Shown here: positions 9,448-18,550 of the stretch, piece by piece | Layout of the letters: each line of letters opens with the position of its first letter | Position numbering within the stretch: the stretch's first letter is position 1 | Assembly (NCBI GenBank): GCA_963766295.1 | Contig: CAVXYW010000002.1 | Span: 123,929 to 187,928, forward strand | Length of the DNA: 64,000 bases | Direction of reading: 5' to 3' | From: an uncultured Actinomycetes bacterium | Lineage (GTDB): Bacteria; Actinomycetota; JAICYB01 | The notes under the pieces: generated by a model | Database searches by the model: none | What the model saw: only the letters and a program-made list of their open reading frames with translations | Told to the model about the DNA's origin: nothing | Made by a program: the position numbers and the translations under genes

Positions 9448-10122
9448 ATGCCCGACAAGGAACTGATTGACACGACGTTCTACATCGCATGCATCAAGCT
9501 CATCGGGCGCCGTTGCGTAGTGATCGGTGGCGGTCCGGTGGGTCTGGAGAAGGTCGAAGGACTGCTCGCTTGCGACGCCGATGTGACGCTTATTGCACCC
9601 GAAGCCGTCAACGAACTTCAGCAGCTCGCCTCCGAGGGCTCCATCAAGTGGGAGCAACGCAAGTACGAAGGTTTGGCGGATCTCGACGGCGCGTTCATCG
9701 TCATAGCAGCTACCGAGAAGACTGAGCTCAACACCCAGGTATTTGCCGATGCAGAGTCGCGCGCGATGTTGTGCAACGTCGTCGACGTGCCGCCGTTGTG
9801 CAATTTCATTCTTCCGGCGATAACCAGGCACGGCCCATTGGCCGTCGCGATCTCGACAGCGGGCGCGTCGCCGGCGCTTGCCAAACGGATGAAGAGCGAG
9901 ATCGCCGAGGCTTTCGGTGCTCCGTACGCTCGCTTGGCAGAGATCCTCAACGGATATCGTGAGTGGGCCAAGGCGACGCTTCCTACATACCAGGATCGGA
10001 AGGTCTTCTTCGAATCGATAGTCAACGGCAACCCCGACCCGATCGAGCTGATCAAGAACGGTGAGGAGAAAGCCGTCCACGATCTGATCACCTCGCGTCA
10101 GAACACCTCCATCCCCGCCTGA
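9448..10122 (+). CDS. Precorrin-2 dehydrogenase / sirohydrochlorin ferrochelatase (SirC/CysG-N-like)
   Basis: VIGGGPVG, CNVVDVP, CNFILPA, AISTAGASPALA. Confidence 0.9.
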   Translation: MPDKELIDTTFYIACIKLIGRRCVVIGGGPVGLEKVEGLLACDADVTLIAPEAVNELQQLASEGSIKWEQRKYEGLADLDGAFIVIAATEKTELNTQVFADAESRAMLCNVVDVPPLCNFILPAITRHGPLAVAISTAGASPALAKRMKSEIAEAFGAPYARLAEILNGYREWAKATLPTYQDRKVFFESIVNGNPDPIELIKNGEEKAVHDLITSRQNTSIPA

Positions 10123-10129
10123 CGTCGCC

Positions 10130-11053
10130 TTGTCGGCCATCGAGGTCATCGGACTTCGCAAGTCCTATCGCAGCAGGGTGCGCCGTGTGTCGGTGGCCGT
10201 CGACGGTCTTTACCTCCGAGTTCCGGAGGGCGGCGTCTACGGATTCCTCGGCCCAAATGGATCCGGGAAGACGACGACGATCCGGTGTCTGCTCGGGTTG
10301 GTACGACCAGACGAGGGTCAGTGCCGGATTCTCGGAACCGACGTTCGGAAAGGACTGACCGACGTCGTCGATCGCGTCGGCTCGATAGTTGAGACGCCGA
10401 CGTTCTTCGGCGGGTTCTCGGGTCGCGACAATCTGGAGCTCCTGGCAAAGGCCCGCGGATTCGGCAAGAGCAGCATCGATACGGCGTTGGAACGTGTAGG
10501 ACTCGCCGACAGAGCAGACGATCGGTTCCGCACCTACTCGCTCGGCATGAAGCAGCGGCTGGGACTGGCCGCCGTGCTGATCAAGGATCCCGAGATCCTC
10601 GTCTTGGACGAACCCGCCAACGGCCTGGACCCAGCCGGACTAAAGGAGATCCGCGATCTTCTGCGGTCGCTGGCCGATGAAGGACGCACCGTCTTCCTTT
10701 CCAGCCACCTTCTGAGCGAGGTCCAGCTGATCTGCGACCGCGTTGCGATCCTCTCGCGCGGGCGATGCATCGCTCAGGGGCCGGTCGATGAGGTGCTGTC
10801 GGTTCGTGGTGGGAGCGCCTTCGTCGTGAGATCGGAACGAATCGCTCGCGCGAAAGCGGTTCTGAAGCAGGCAGGGTTCCCGGCAACATTCCGCGGTGAC
10901 CGGAGCTTGCGCGTGGTTTGTCAGGACGAAGAGCCCTCGGAGATCACGCGAGTGCTGGCCAAGGCCGGAATATTTCTCACGGAGCTGCGCGCCGAGGAGA
11001 TCAGCCTCGAGGCCGTTTTCCTCGAGCTGACCGGCGAGCCGGCAGAAGCATGA
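10130..11053 (+). CDS. ABC transporter ATP-binding protein (BcrA-like)
   Basis: Walker A GPNGSGKTT, YSLGMKQR signature, LDEPANGLD, SSH. Confidence 0.93.
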   Translation: MSAIEVIGLRKSYRSRVRRVSVAVDGLYLRVPEGGVYGFLGPNGSGKTTTIRCLLGLVRPDEGQCRILGTDVRKGLTDVVDRVGSIVETPTFFGGFSGRDNLELLAKARGFGKSSIDTALERVGLADRADDRFRTYSLGMKQRLGLAAVLIKDPEILVLDEPANGLDPAGLKEIRDLLRSLADEGRTVFLSSHLLSEVQLICDRVAILSRGRCIAQGPVDEVLSVRGGSAFVVRSERIARAKAVLKQAGFPATFRGDRSLRVVCQDEEPSEITRVLAKAGIFLTELRAEEISLEAVFLELTGEPAEA

Positions 11054-12006
11054 TGCGGCTGATTGCCACCGAGATCCGCCGCGCGTCCAGGCGACGGCTC
11101 TTCCGTTTGGGACTTCTCGTTGCGGTGCTCCTCGTCATCGCCGCCGCGCTGGCGAACTTCTTTTCCGCGGACGAGAACATCGAGAATGCCCGCGCACGCG
11201 CCGGTGCGGAGATCGCCAGCTGTGAACGCTTCGCAGCTGAGGAAGCAGAAGCGTTCGAGGAACGAGAAGGCAGGCCCGCGCCCGAAGACCTCTTCCATTG
11301 CGGGACTCTCGACGAGATCCTTCCCGCTTACGACCGGACCTTCCGATACGCCGAATCCATGCGCGACATGGTCCGCGCTGGTGCCGTTCTCGGCGGCATC
11401 ATCTCCTTCCTAGTGGGAGCTTCTTTCGTCGGAGCCGAATGGGGATCGGGCAATCTCGCGACGTTCCTCACGTGGGAGCCGAGGCGCGCGCACGTCCACG
11501 TCGCCAAAGTGCTCGCGATCTCGCTGTGTTGCGCCGCCGCCGTCACGGTCCTGCTCGGGCTGCTCATGGCCGTGCATTTGCCTGTCGCTTCCGTCCGGGG
11601 AACCATGCGCGGGACGACCGCCGACGTTTGGCGCACGTTGTCCGGAACCGCCGGTCGCGGCTCCGGACTGGCGGCGATGTTCGCTGCTGCGGGGGCCGGG
11701 ATGGCGATGGTCATGCGGAATACGGCTGGAGCGATCGTCGTGGGAGGTGTGTATGCGGCCGTGATCGATCCCTTGCTCCACTTCTGGAATGAAGGACGGC
11801 TAAGCGTTTGGACGCTGGCCAGAAATGTGCCTCAGTTCGTTGGTTACGAGGTCCAAAGGTCGTTTGGAGACGATGGATTAGGTGGGGGCGGCCCACTCGG
11901 GCCCGCCGTTCTGTCGATTTGGCGGCCGAGCTTGCTGCTTGCTGCATACGTCGTCGCCGTTATCTTGGGTGGCTACGTTGCCTTCCGTGCGCGCGACGTG
12001 ACTTAA
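11050..12006 (+). CDS. ABC-2 type transporter permease
   Basis: ATGA overlap with the ATPase, about 6 hydrophobic segments, GAEWGSG motif, C-terminal FRARDV. Confidence 0.87.
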   Translation: MMRLIATEIRRASRRRLFRLGLLVAVLLVIAAALANFFSADENIENARARAGAEIASCERFAAEEAEAFEEREGRPAPEDLFHCGTLDEILPAYDRTFRYAESMRDMVRAGAVLGGIISFLVGASFVGAEWGSGNLATFLTWEPRRAHVHVAKVLAISLCCAAAVTVLLGLLMAVHLPVASVRGTMRGTTADVWRTLSGTAGRGSGLAAMFAAAGAGMAMVMRNTAGAIVVGGVYAAVIDPLLHFWNEGRLSVWTLARNVPQFVGYEVQRSFGDDGLGGGGPLGPAVLSIWRPSLLLAAYVVAVILGGYVAFRARDVT

Positions 12007-12950
12007 CGAGTAGCCAGCCGGTTTACTTCGTCCATCTCTTCGTCTGTCAGCTGCCAGCTCGCGGCGTCGACATTCGCCTTTACCTGCTCCGGCTTTGTCG
12101 CGCCCGCGATCACCGATGCGATCACCGGCTTGCTGGCCAGCCATGACATGGCCAGCTCGAGCAGCGTGTGTCCGCGGGACTGCGCGAACTCGCGAAGGCG
12201 TCCGATGATCGCGAAGTTCTCGTCTGTGAGTGTTTGCTCCGCCCTTTCCGGCATCGCCTGAGCCATCAAGGTGATCCGCGTCCCTTCCGGACGGTCGTCT
12301 TTCGTCTTGTACTTGCCGGTGAGCAGACCCGACGCCAAGGGGAAATAGGGGAGAAGGCCGAGGCCGTTGCGCTCGCATGACGCATCGACGTCCCCTTCGA
12401 GGTTTCGCTCGAGCAGGCTGTAGTTGTTCTGTGCCGATGCGAACTGGGTGAACCCTTGGTCCTGGGCTATGCGTGTGCACTTGTCGATGTGCTTGCCCGC
12501 GTAGTTCGAACATCCGATCTCGCGGACCTTGCCTTCGGAGACCAGGTCGTTCAATGCTCCCAAGGTTTCATCGAAGGGAGCGTCCCGGTCGGGGAAATGG
12601 TGCTGGTAGAGGTCGATGCGGTCGGTGTCCAGACGGCGAAGGCTGTCCTCCACGGCCTGTTTGATCCAGCGCGGGCTCCCGCCTTGGGAGTTGCCGTCGT
12701 CGGACATCGGCGATCCGAACTTCGTCGCTATGAGGACCTCCTCGCGCCGGGAGCCGAGCGCTGCGCCGAGGAACTCTTCGGACTTGCCACGGCCGCCGTA
12801 AACGTCTGCCGTGTCGAAGAAGTTGATCCCGGCATCTAGGCATGCATCGACCACCTTCTTGGTGCCGGAGTCGTCGAGCCTCATGCCGAAGTTGTTGCAG
12901 CCGAGACCGACCACAGATACCTCAAGATTACCGAGCTTACGCATCTCCAT
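12003..12950 (-). CDS. Aldo/keto reductase
   Basis: GLGCNNFG, DTADVYG, ATKFG, DLYQHH, PYFPLASG, AGATKPEQ. Confidence 0.93.
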   Translation of the reverse strand: MEMRKLGNLEVSVVGLGCNNFGMRLDDSGTKKVVDACLDAGINFFDTADVYGGRGKSEEFLGAALGSRREEVLIATKFGSPMSDDGNSQGGSPRWIKQAVEDSLRRLDTDRIDLYQHHFPDRDAPFDETLGALNDLVSEGKVREIGCSNYAGKHIDKCTRIAQDQGFTQFASAQNNYSLLERNLEGDVDASCERNGLGLLPYFPLASGLLTGKYKTKDDRPEGTRITLMAQAMPERAEQTLTDENFAIIGRLREFAQSRGHTLLELAMSWLASKPVIASVIAGATKPEQVKANVDAASWQLTDEEMDEVNRLATR

Positions 12951-13034
12951 CGCGTCCCTCCCCGATCGGAATGTATGGAATGCTATTGGTAGCCGATGAG
13001 TCGCCGCGAAAAACGACAGCTCCCTACCTAGGTC

Positions 13035-13997
13035 ATGGACGTCAGCCCAATCATCTGGGGCGGATTCGTCGCCTTCATCCTCTTGATGCTCGGCTTCGAC
13101 CTGTTCGTGTTCCATCGGCAGGCGCACGCAGTTTCGAACCGCGAAGGCGCCATGTGGGTCGGCATCTGGATGTCGATGGGTGTCGCCTTCACCGCGATCA
13201 TCTGGGCCTGGCAGGGCGGTACCGCGGCCGGTGAGTACATCTCCGGTTACCTGCTCGAATACTCGCTATCGGCAGACAACATCTTCGTTTTCGTCCTGAT
13301 CTTTTCTTACTTCGCCGTGCCCGCGACCCTGCAGCACCGCGTCCTTTTCTGGGGGATCGTCGGTGCCCTGGTCTTCCGTGCGGGCTTCATAGCGGCTGGA
13401 GCAGCGCTACTCGAGCGCTTCGACTTCATGCTCTACGTCTTCGGCGGGTTCCTGGTGTTCACGGGTTTGCGTATGGCCCGTTCGGGTGAGGTCGAAGTTC
13501 ACCCCGACCAGAACGCCGTGCTCCGGATACTTCGGCGCTTCATCAAAATCTCGCCGTCCTACCACGGCCAGGCGTTCTTCATTCGAGAGAACGGCCGGCG
13601 GCTGGCCACTCCATTGCTGGCCGTCCTGATCGTCGTTGAGACGACTGACATCGTCTTCGCCGTTGACTCGATCCCCGCGATCTTCGGAGTTACCCGGGAG
13701 CCGTTCCTGGTCTTCACGTCGAACGCGTTCGCGATCCTCGGGCTTCGCGCTCTCTACTTCCTGCTGGCGAACATGATGCGGAGGTTCCACTACCTGCAGA
13801 TCGGGCTCGCCTCGATCCTCGTGTTCGTGGGCGTGAAGATGCTCATCCACAAGATCTACGACATCCCGATCTATCTATCGCTCGGATTCATCATCGCGGC
13901 GCTGGGTATCTCGATCGCCGTTTCATTGCGCGCGGAGGCCAAGCACGAGGGCGCCGGCGACATAGATCTGGATACGAGCGATCAGGAACCCCGCTAA
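13035..13997 (+). CDS. TerC/Alx family membrane protein
   Basis: LEYSLSADNIFVF, QHRVLFWG, ETTDIVFAVDSIPA, TSNAFAILGLR. Confidence 0.93.
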   Translation: MDVSPIIWGGFVAFILLMLGFDLFVFHRQAHAVSNREGAMWVGIWMSMGVAFTAIIWAWQGGTAAGEYISGYLLEYSLSADNIFVFVLIFSYFAVPATLQHRVLFWGIVGALVFRAGFIAAGAALLERFDFMLYVFGGFLVFTGLRMARSGEVEVHPDQNAVLRILRRFIKISPSYHGQAFFIRENGRRLATPLLAVLIVVETTDIVFAVDSIPAIFGVTREPFLVFTSNAFAILGLRALYFLLANMMRRFHYLQIGLASILVFVGVKMLIHKIYDIPIYLSLGFIIAALGISIAVSLRAEAKHEGAGDIDLDTSDQEPR

Positions 13998-14734
13998 CGG
14001 GAGATAGCGAAACGCGTGCCGGCGGCGATCAGCTTCGCCGGCGCAGAGGGGTGGGTCCATTCCAGTCGGTCGATGCCGCGTTCATCGTTGCTCGTTTCGA
14101 TTCTGATTCGGCCACCACCGGGCCAAGCGAGCTCGAGCCAGCCTTCGGCCCGCTCGGCGACTTCGCCGCCGAGTAGGTCGCGGTAAAGCGCCAAAGACTT
14201 GTCGACGTCGACGGAATTGATCGCGACTCGCTCGAGGTGCGCACGTTCGGCCGCCAAAGGCGGAGGCTCCGACCACCATCGGCCCGGTCCGTACTCTTCG
14301 GCTTCCGCATCGAAGTCCATGTCGTCGAAGGCCGACTGCGCGATCTGGACGACGGTGCCGCCGGCTTCTTTCGGATGGATGAAAGCTTCCTTCCAGAAGT
14401 CGTTGTCGATGTTCACTCCGACCGCGTGATAACCGGCTTCGGTTACACGTTCCAACTCACCGCGGATATCTGGAGTCTTGAAGGTCAAATGGTGCGGCCC
14501 CTCGCCGCTGCGTTCGAGGAAACGTTTGAGGAAGTCGTTTTGTTCGACGTTCCACGGCTCCAGGAGCTCGATGCGAAGGTTTCCGGCCTCGACTTGCATT
14601 GCACGGAACCCGAAGTTCACACCGCCGAAGATGATCGGAACGCCGAGCGTTCCCACCAGGACTTCGAGTACTCCGCTCACGTCGTGCGCGGCGATGGCGA
14701 CGTGATCGAGCTCGAAACCCGTTTGGCCGGTCAC
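13994..14734 (-). CDS. VOC family protein (methylmalonyl-CoA epimerase-like, two-domain)
   Basis: LDHVAIA, IELLEP, GEGPHHLTF, AFIHPKEAGG. Confidence 0.82.
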   Translation of the reverse strand: MTGQTGFELDHVAIAAHDVSGVLEVLVGTLGVPIIFGGVNFGFRAMQVEAGNLRIELLEPWNVEQNDFLKRFLERSGEGPHHLTFKTPDIRGELERVTEAGYHAVGVNIDNDFWKEAFIHPKEAGGTVVQIAQSAFDDMDFDAEAEEYGPGRWWSEPPPLAAERAHLERVAINSVDVDKSLALYRDLLGGEVAERAEGWLELAWPGGGRIRIETSNDERGIDRLEWTHPSAPAKLIAAGTRFAISR

Positions 14735-16173
14735 CAGCGTTTGCTCAACTCGCTGGACGGCGCGTCACCGAGCAGGCCTTCCCTGGAGAAGCGATGCCAG
14801 TTGGCTTCGGCTTCGAGGTGACCAAGGACGGCAGCCGTTCCGAATGTGTAGCGCTGCCAGATCACGAGCATGGGCGGGAATTCCACGCGCTCCTGGATGT
14901 CGCGATAGGGCGAGTCGGGCATCGCGACGGCCCGGAACGTGTCGCCGACCTTCTTGCGTGTGTACCGGTACGGCTCGTCTTTGGCGATGGGGGAAAGCAT
15001 CATCTGGAAGAAGTCCCAGAGACGGGCGTTGTCGATGTCTTGTCCATTGGGGATCAGGCCAAGGTCGCGCAGTGACGATTCAAGGAGCGCGGGATCGTTT
15101 CGCAAGATCGCGACGCCCGGTGCTCGGACGAGCTGCTGCTCATGCGGAGTGAGCCTCTTGACCAGGCCGAAGTCGAGGAAGCAGATGCGGCCGTCGTCCA
15201 TGAAGATGTAATTGCCCGGATGCGGGTCGCCGGAGAAGATCCCGTCGACGTTGATCGAGTTGTAAACGAACCGATTGATGATCTCTCCGTAGCGGTTCCG
15301 GACTTCCTGTGGCTCGTCCAAGACGTCGTAGAAGCGCCGGCCCTTTACGAGCTCCGAGGTGAGCACTCGCTCGGCTGATACCTCGGGGACGACCTCCGCG
15401 ATCTTCACGTATGCGTGTCCGCGGTACTTGTCGGCGAAGTACTGCTGATTGGCGGCTTCCATCCGGTAGTCGAACTCTTCGGTGAACCGAGCGACGACCT
15501 CCTCGAGGAACTCGCGGGGACTGAAACCGCCGAACATCGCGGCGATGGTTTCGAAAAGCATGTCCGCGTTCTGAAGGTCGGCGAGGATCGCCTTGTCTAC
15601 GCCCGGGTATTGAACCTTGACGGCGACATCGCGTCCGTCGTGTGTGCGGGCACGGTGCACCTGTCCGATGGACGCAGCCGCCATCGCCACCGGTTCGAAT
15701 TTGGCGAACGCCTTATCGGGCGGTGACCCCAGCTCTTTGGTAACGACCTCGGCCACGAGCTCGTAGGCCATCGGCGGCGCAGCGGATTGGAGCTGAGCCA
15801 GCTGTTGCTGCACGCCATCGGGCAAGCCGTCCACGGCGAATGATGCCATCTGCGCCAGCTTCATAACGGCGCCCTTCATGTTTCCCATGACATCCAGAAC
15901 GTCGGCCGCCGACCGCATGGCGGCTTCCTCGAGGATCTCTTTCTTCTTCTCCCGGCTGCGTCCAAGAGTCCGCAGGCGCGCAGCGCCCATGCGCCCGCCT
16001 AGCGAAGTTCCCATGCGGGCAAGGTAGGCGCGGCGAGCGTCAGGGTCGGTTTCGATCCCCGAGCCATCGGTGCGCCGTCGGCGCAAGCGGTAGCCGCGTA
16101 CGGAGTCTTTGATCGAGCGTCCCGCCAGACGCGCGATCTTTCCGAACGAAGATCGTTTCGGGCGGCGGGACAT
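14731..16173 (-). CDS. AarF/ABC1/UbiB atypical kinase
   Basis: KGAVMKLAQ, AAASIGQVH, VAVKVQYP, DPHPGN, DFG. Start set at ATG 16173. Confidence 0.92.
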   Translation of the reverse strand: MSRRPKRSSFGKIARLAGRSIKDSVRGYRLRRRRTDGSGIETDPDARRAYLARMGTSLGGRMGAARLRTLGRSREKKKEILEEAAMRSAADVLDVMGNMKGAVMKLAQMASFAVDGLPDGVQQQLAQLQSAAPPMAYELVAEVVTKELGSPPDKAFAKFEPVAMAAASIGQVHRARTHDGRDVAVKVQYPGVDKAILADLQNADMLFETIAAMFGGFSPREFLEEVVARFTEEFDYRMEAANQQYFADKYRGHAYVKIAEVVPEVSAERVLTSELVKGRRFYDVLDEPQEVRNRYGEIINRFVYNSINVDGIFSGDPHPGNYIFMDDGRICFLDFGLVKRLTPHEQQLVRAPGVAILRNDPALLESSLRDLGLIPNGQDIDNARLWDFFQMMLSPIAKDEPYRYTRKKVGDTFRAVAMPDSPYRDIQERVEFPPMLVIWQRYTFGTAAVLGHLEAEANWHRFSREGLLGDAPSSELSKRW

Positions 16174-16175
16174 GT

Positions 16176-16811
16176 CTAGATCGGCACCGGGGCCGAAACG
16201 GGATCGAGTGCGAGGCTCCGCCACAGATACCAAGAGGCAACCGATCGCCACGGCCGCCATGGCTCGGCGACGCTCGCCATGTTCGACTTGGTCGGCTCGA
16301 GGTTGTAGGCGCGCGTCACGGCGTTGCGTATGGCCAGATCGTCTACGGGCCATATGTCCGGACGGCCCAATTTGAAGATGAGGAACATCTCGGCCGTCCA
16401 TCGGCCGACGCCTTTCACTGCGACCAAGTCGGTGACGATCCGCTCGTCGTCCAACCGGCCGATCCGCGCGAGTTGTAGCTCGCCGTTCAGGACGCGCTCC
16501 GCAAGATCCTTCACGTACAAGACTTTGGCGTTGGAAAGCCCGACCGCGCGCAGCTGCTTGTTGGTCGCGGTGAGGATTTCCTCGGGGTGGACCTTTCGTC
16601 CGTTGGGATGCAGCGCGATAAGGCGCTGCCAGATGGTCTCCGCCGCCTTTGCCGACAACTGCTGGCCGACGATCGCGCGCAGGATCGTCGTGAAGTTGTC
16701 GCCGCGCGCGCCGGGTTTCAGCAGGCATGGACCCACGGCCTTCACGATCCGGCGCATCACCGGATCGGCGCGGGACAGATGTTTGGTTGCGGTGGCAACA
16801 TCGAGAGGCAT
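16176..16811 (-). CDS. DNA-3-methyladenine glycosylase II (AlkA/HhH-GPD family)
   Basis: IVGQQLS, GLSNAK, HhH KGVGRWTAEMF, GRPDIWPVDD, WRPWRS. Confidence 0.92.
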   Translation of the reverse strand: MPLDVATATKHLSRADPVMRRIVKAVGPCLLKPGARGDNFTTILRAIVGQQLSAKAAETIWQRLIALHPNGRKVHPEEILTATNKQLRAVGLSNAKVLYVKDLAERVLNGELQLARIGRLDDERIVTDLVAVKGVGRWTAEMFLIFKLGRPDIWPVDDLAIRNAVTRAYNLEPTKSNMASVAEPWRPWRSVASWYLWRSLALDPVSAPVPI

Positions 16812-16842
16812 AAGCCAACGCCAGGCTATCGAAGGTTGTCGC

Positions 16843-17673
16843 TCAGCGGATGAGCCGCGACATCCTTCGGTCGGCGAGGACCTTCCCATCTGTTTGGCAG
16901 GTGGGACAGTACGTCACTTCGTGGGACTCGTAGGACACGCGGCGCAGATCGCCTTCGCAGACCGGGCACTGTTGTCCGTACTTGTTGTGTATCCGCCAGT
17001 GGTCGCCGAGCTTGGTCGGCAAGCCGCCGGTTCTCTTGCGTTCGTTCTTGAGTCCATCCTTCAGGACGGCTGCGATCGACTTGAGCAGTGCTTCGCGTTC
17101 CTTTTTGCCGAGTGATTTCAGAGATGCGTAGGGCGAGAGCTTTGCGTGATGGAGCGCGTCGTCGGTATAGCCGCGGCCCAGTCCCGCCACAGTCCTCTGA
17201 TCGCGCAGCATCGTGTGAACACGCCGGTTGTCGTCCCCGGAACGGATGAGCTCAGCGAACTCCGGCGAATCGGGCTCGGGGCCGAGCTTGACCAAGGGGC
17301 CGTCGTCCCCGGGAGCCAACACCCACCATCCGGCTTTACGGTCGGTGCCGTATTCCTTTATCAGGACGGCCGGGCCGACAAAGACGAACCGCACTACCGC
17401 GCCTTTCGGTCTGGTCGACTTGGCCGGGTCCTCGATGTCGACGCGGCCTCCTTGGGAGAGATGGAACATCAAGCGCGGGCCGCCGAAGTCGAGCCAGACG
17501 TACTTTCCGCGTCGGCCCACCTCGGACACCTTTTTCCCGAAGAGCTCCTGCGGGCCGGGGGCAACGGTCTTGAGCGCCGAGAACTGTAGCGGCTCGACCC
17601 GTCGCAGGATCATTCCCTGAACGTGCTCGCCGAGCCTTTCGGCGAGCGCTTGCATCTCCGGAAGTTCCGGCAT
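16843..17673 (-). CDS. Fpg/Nei family DNA glycosylase/AP lyase (actinobacterial type)
   Basis: N-terminal PELPE, RGKY, H2TH AGLGRGY, zinc finger CPVC...CPTCQ, C-terminal LADRRMSR. Confidence 0.92.
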   Translation of the reverse strand: MPELPEMQALAERLGEHVQGMILRRVEPLQFSALKTVAPGPQELFGKKVSEVGRRGKYVWLDFGGPRLMFHLSQGGRVDIEDPAKSTRPKGAVVRFVFVGPAVLIKEYGTDRKAGWWVLAPGDDGPLVKLGPEPDSPEFAELIRSGDDNRRVHTMLRDQRTVAGLGRGYTDDALHHAKLSPYASLKSLGKKEREALLKSIAAVLKDGLKNERKRTGGLPTKLGDHWRIHNKYGQQCPVCEGDLRRVSYESHEVTYCPTCQTDGKVLADRRMSRLIR

Positions 17674-17704
17674 CTATCGAGCGTAACTACTGGGCGAAGT
17701 GTTG

Positions 17705-18550
17705 TTAGTCGCGCGCTTTGGCCAGCTCCGGGCGCCCCGACCACGTCCATGCGACGTTTTTGGCGCTGATACCGATCAGTACGCCATGTGTGGACGAAGG
17801 ATGAAGGAAGAGGCTGGCGTTTTCGTGCTCGGGGTTTCCGGCAAAACGAGCTCCGGCGGCCTTCAGGCGCTCGCCGAGCGCCGGCATGTCGGGGCACTCC
17901 GTGAAGAACATGTAGGGACCTTCGCCCCGGCGCAGGAAAAACTTGCCCATCGCCTTTTGCTCGTCGTGCGGATAAACGACCTCGATTCGGTCGAGAAGCC
18001 GCGGTGGATCGAAGAGCGTCAGCATCCCTTCGTATCCGTACTGGTCGCTGGAGATCGGGGAGAACTTTGCACCGTCCAGACCAAAAGCGTCTGTCCAGAA
18101 CGAATTTGCCGCCTTCCAATCCGCAACTAGGTGTGTCACCTCGTAGATGAAGGAGATGGCGCCAACCGCTGTTCGTTCGTCGTGGGGACCAACAAACGTG
18201 TTGAGTCCGAAGGTCTTGGACGGATCGAGGTAGAGAAATCCGTGCTCTTCCTTGGTGCTGATGCCCTTTGAGTCGAGGTGCTTCGACAGGACGTCGACGT
18301 CCTTGGACGTGAATACGGCGCCGAAGAGACCTTCGTTCCATTGATCGACGTACTCGGCAACCGGGCCGGGTCCGGATGGCTGGGCCAGTCGGATCAGATC
18401 TGTTCCGCACGCCACCGATGTGATGTCGGCGTTGAGAAGATCGCTGTGTCGCTCGCGCACTATGTCGGTTCCGAAAATGGCCTCATAGGTCTTGGCCGCA
18501 GCCGCCGCGTCACGAACAGCAAGGATGACTCCATCCATCGTTTCGATCAT
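17705..18550 (-). CDS. Tandem VOC-domain protein
   Basis: Two glyoxalase-like repeats (WNEGLF / RGEGPY; YLDPSKTFG / FLHPSSTHG). ATGA overlap with the P450 stop. Confidence 0.78.
   Translation of the reverse strand: MIETMDGVILAVRDAAAAAKTYEAIFGTDIVRERHSDLLNADITSVACGTDLIRLAQPSGPGPVAEYVDQWNEGLFGAVFTSKDVDVLSKHLDSKGISTKEEHGFLYLDPSKTFGLNTFVGPHDERTAVGAISFIYEVTHLVADWKAANSFWTDAFGLDGAKFSPISSDQYGYEGMLTLFDPPRLLDRIEVVYPHDEQKAMGKFFLRRGEGPYMFFTECPDMPALGERLKAAGARFAGNPEHENASLFLHPSSTHGVLIGISAKNVAWTWSGRPELAKARD

Noticed and set aside
14731-16818. 695-aa ORF suggesting a long kinase fusion
   Set aside because: The N-terminal ~215 aa is an off-frame read through alkA; the kinase starts at 16173.
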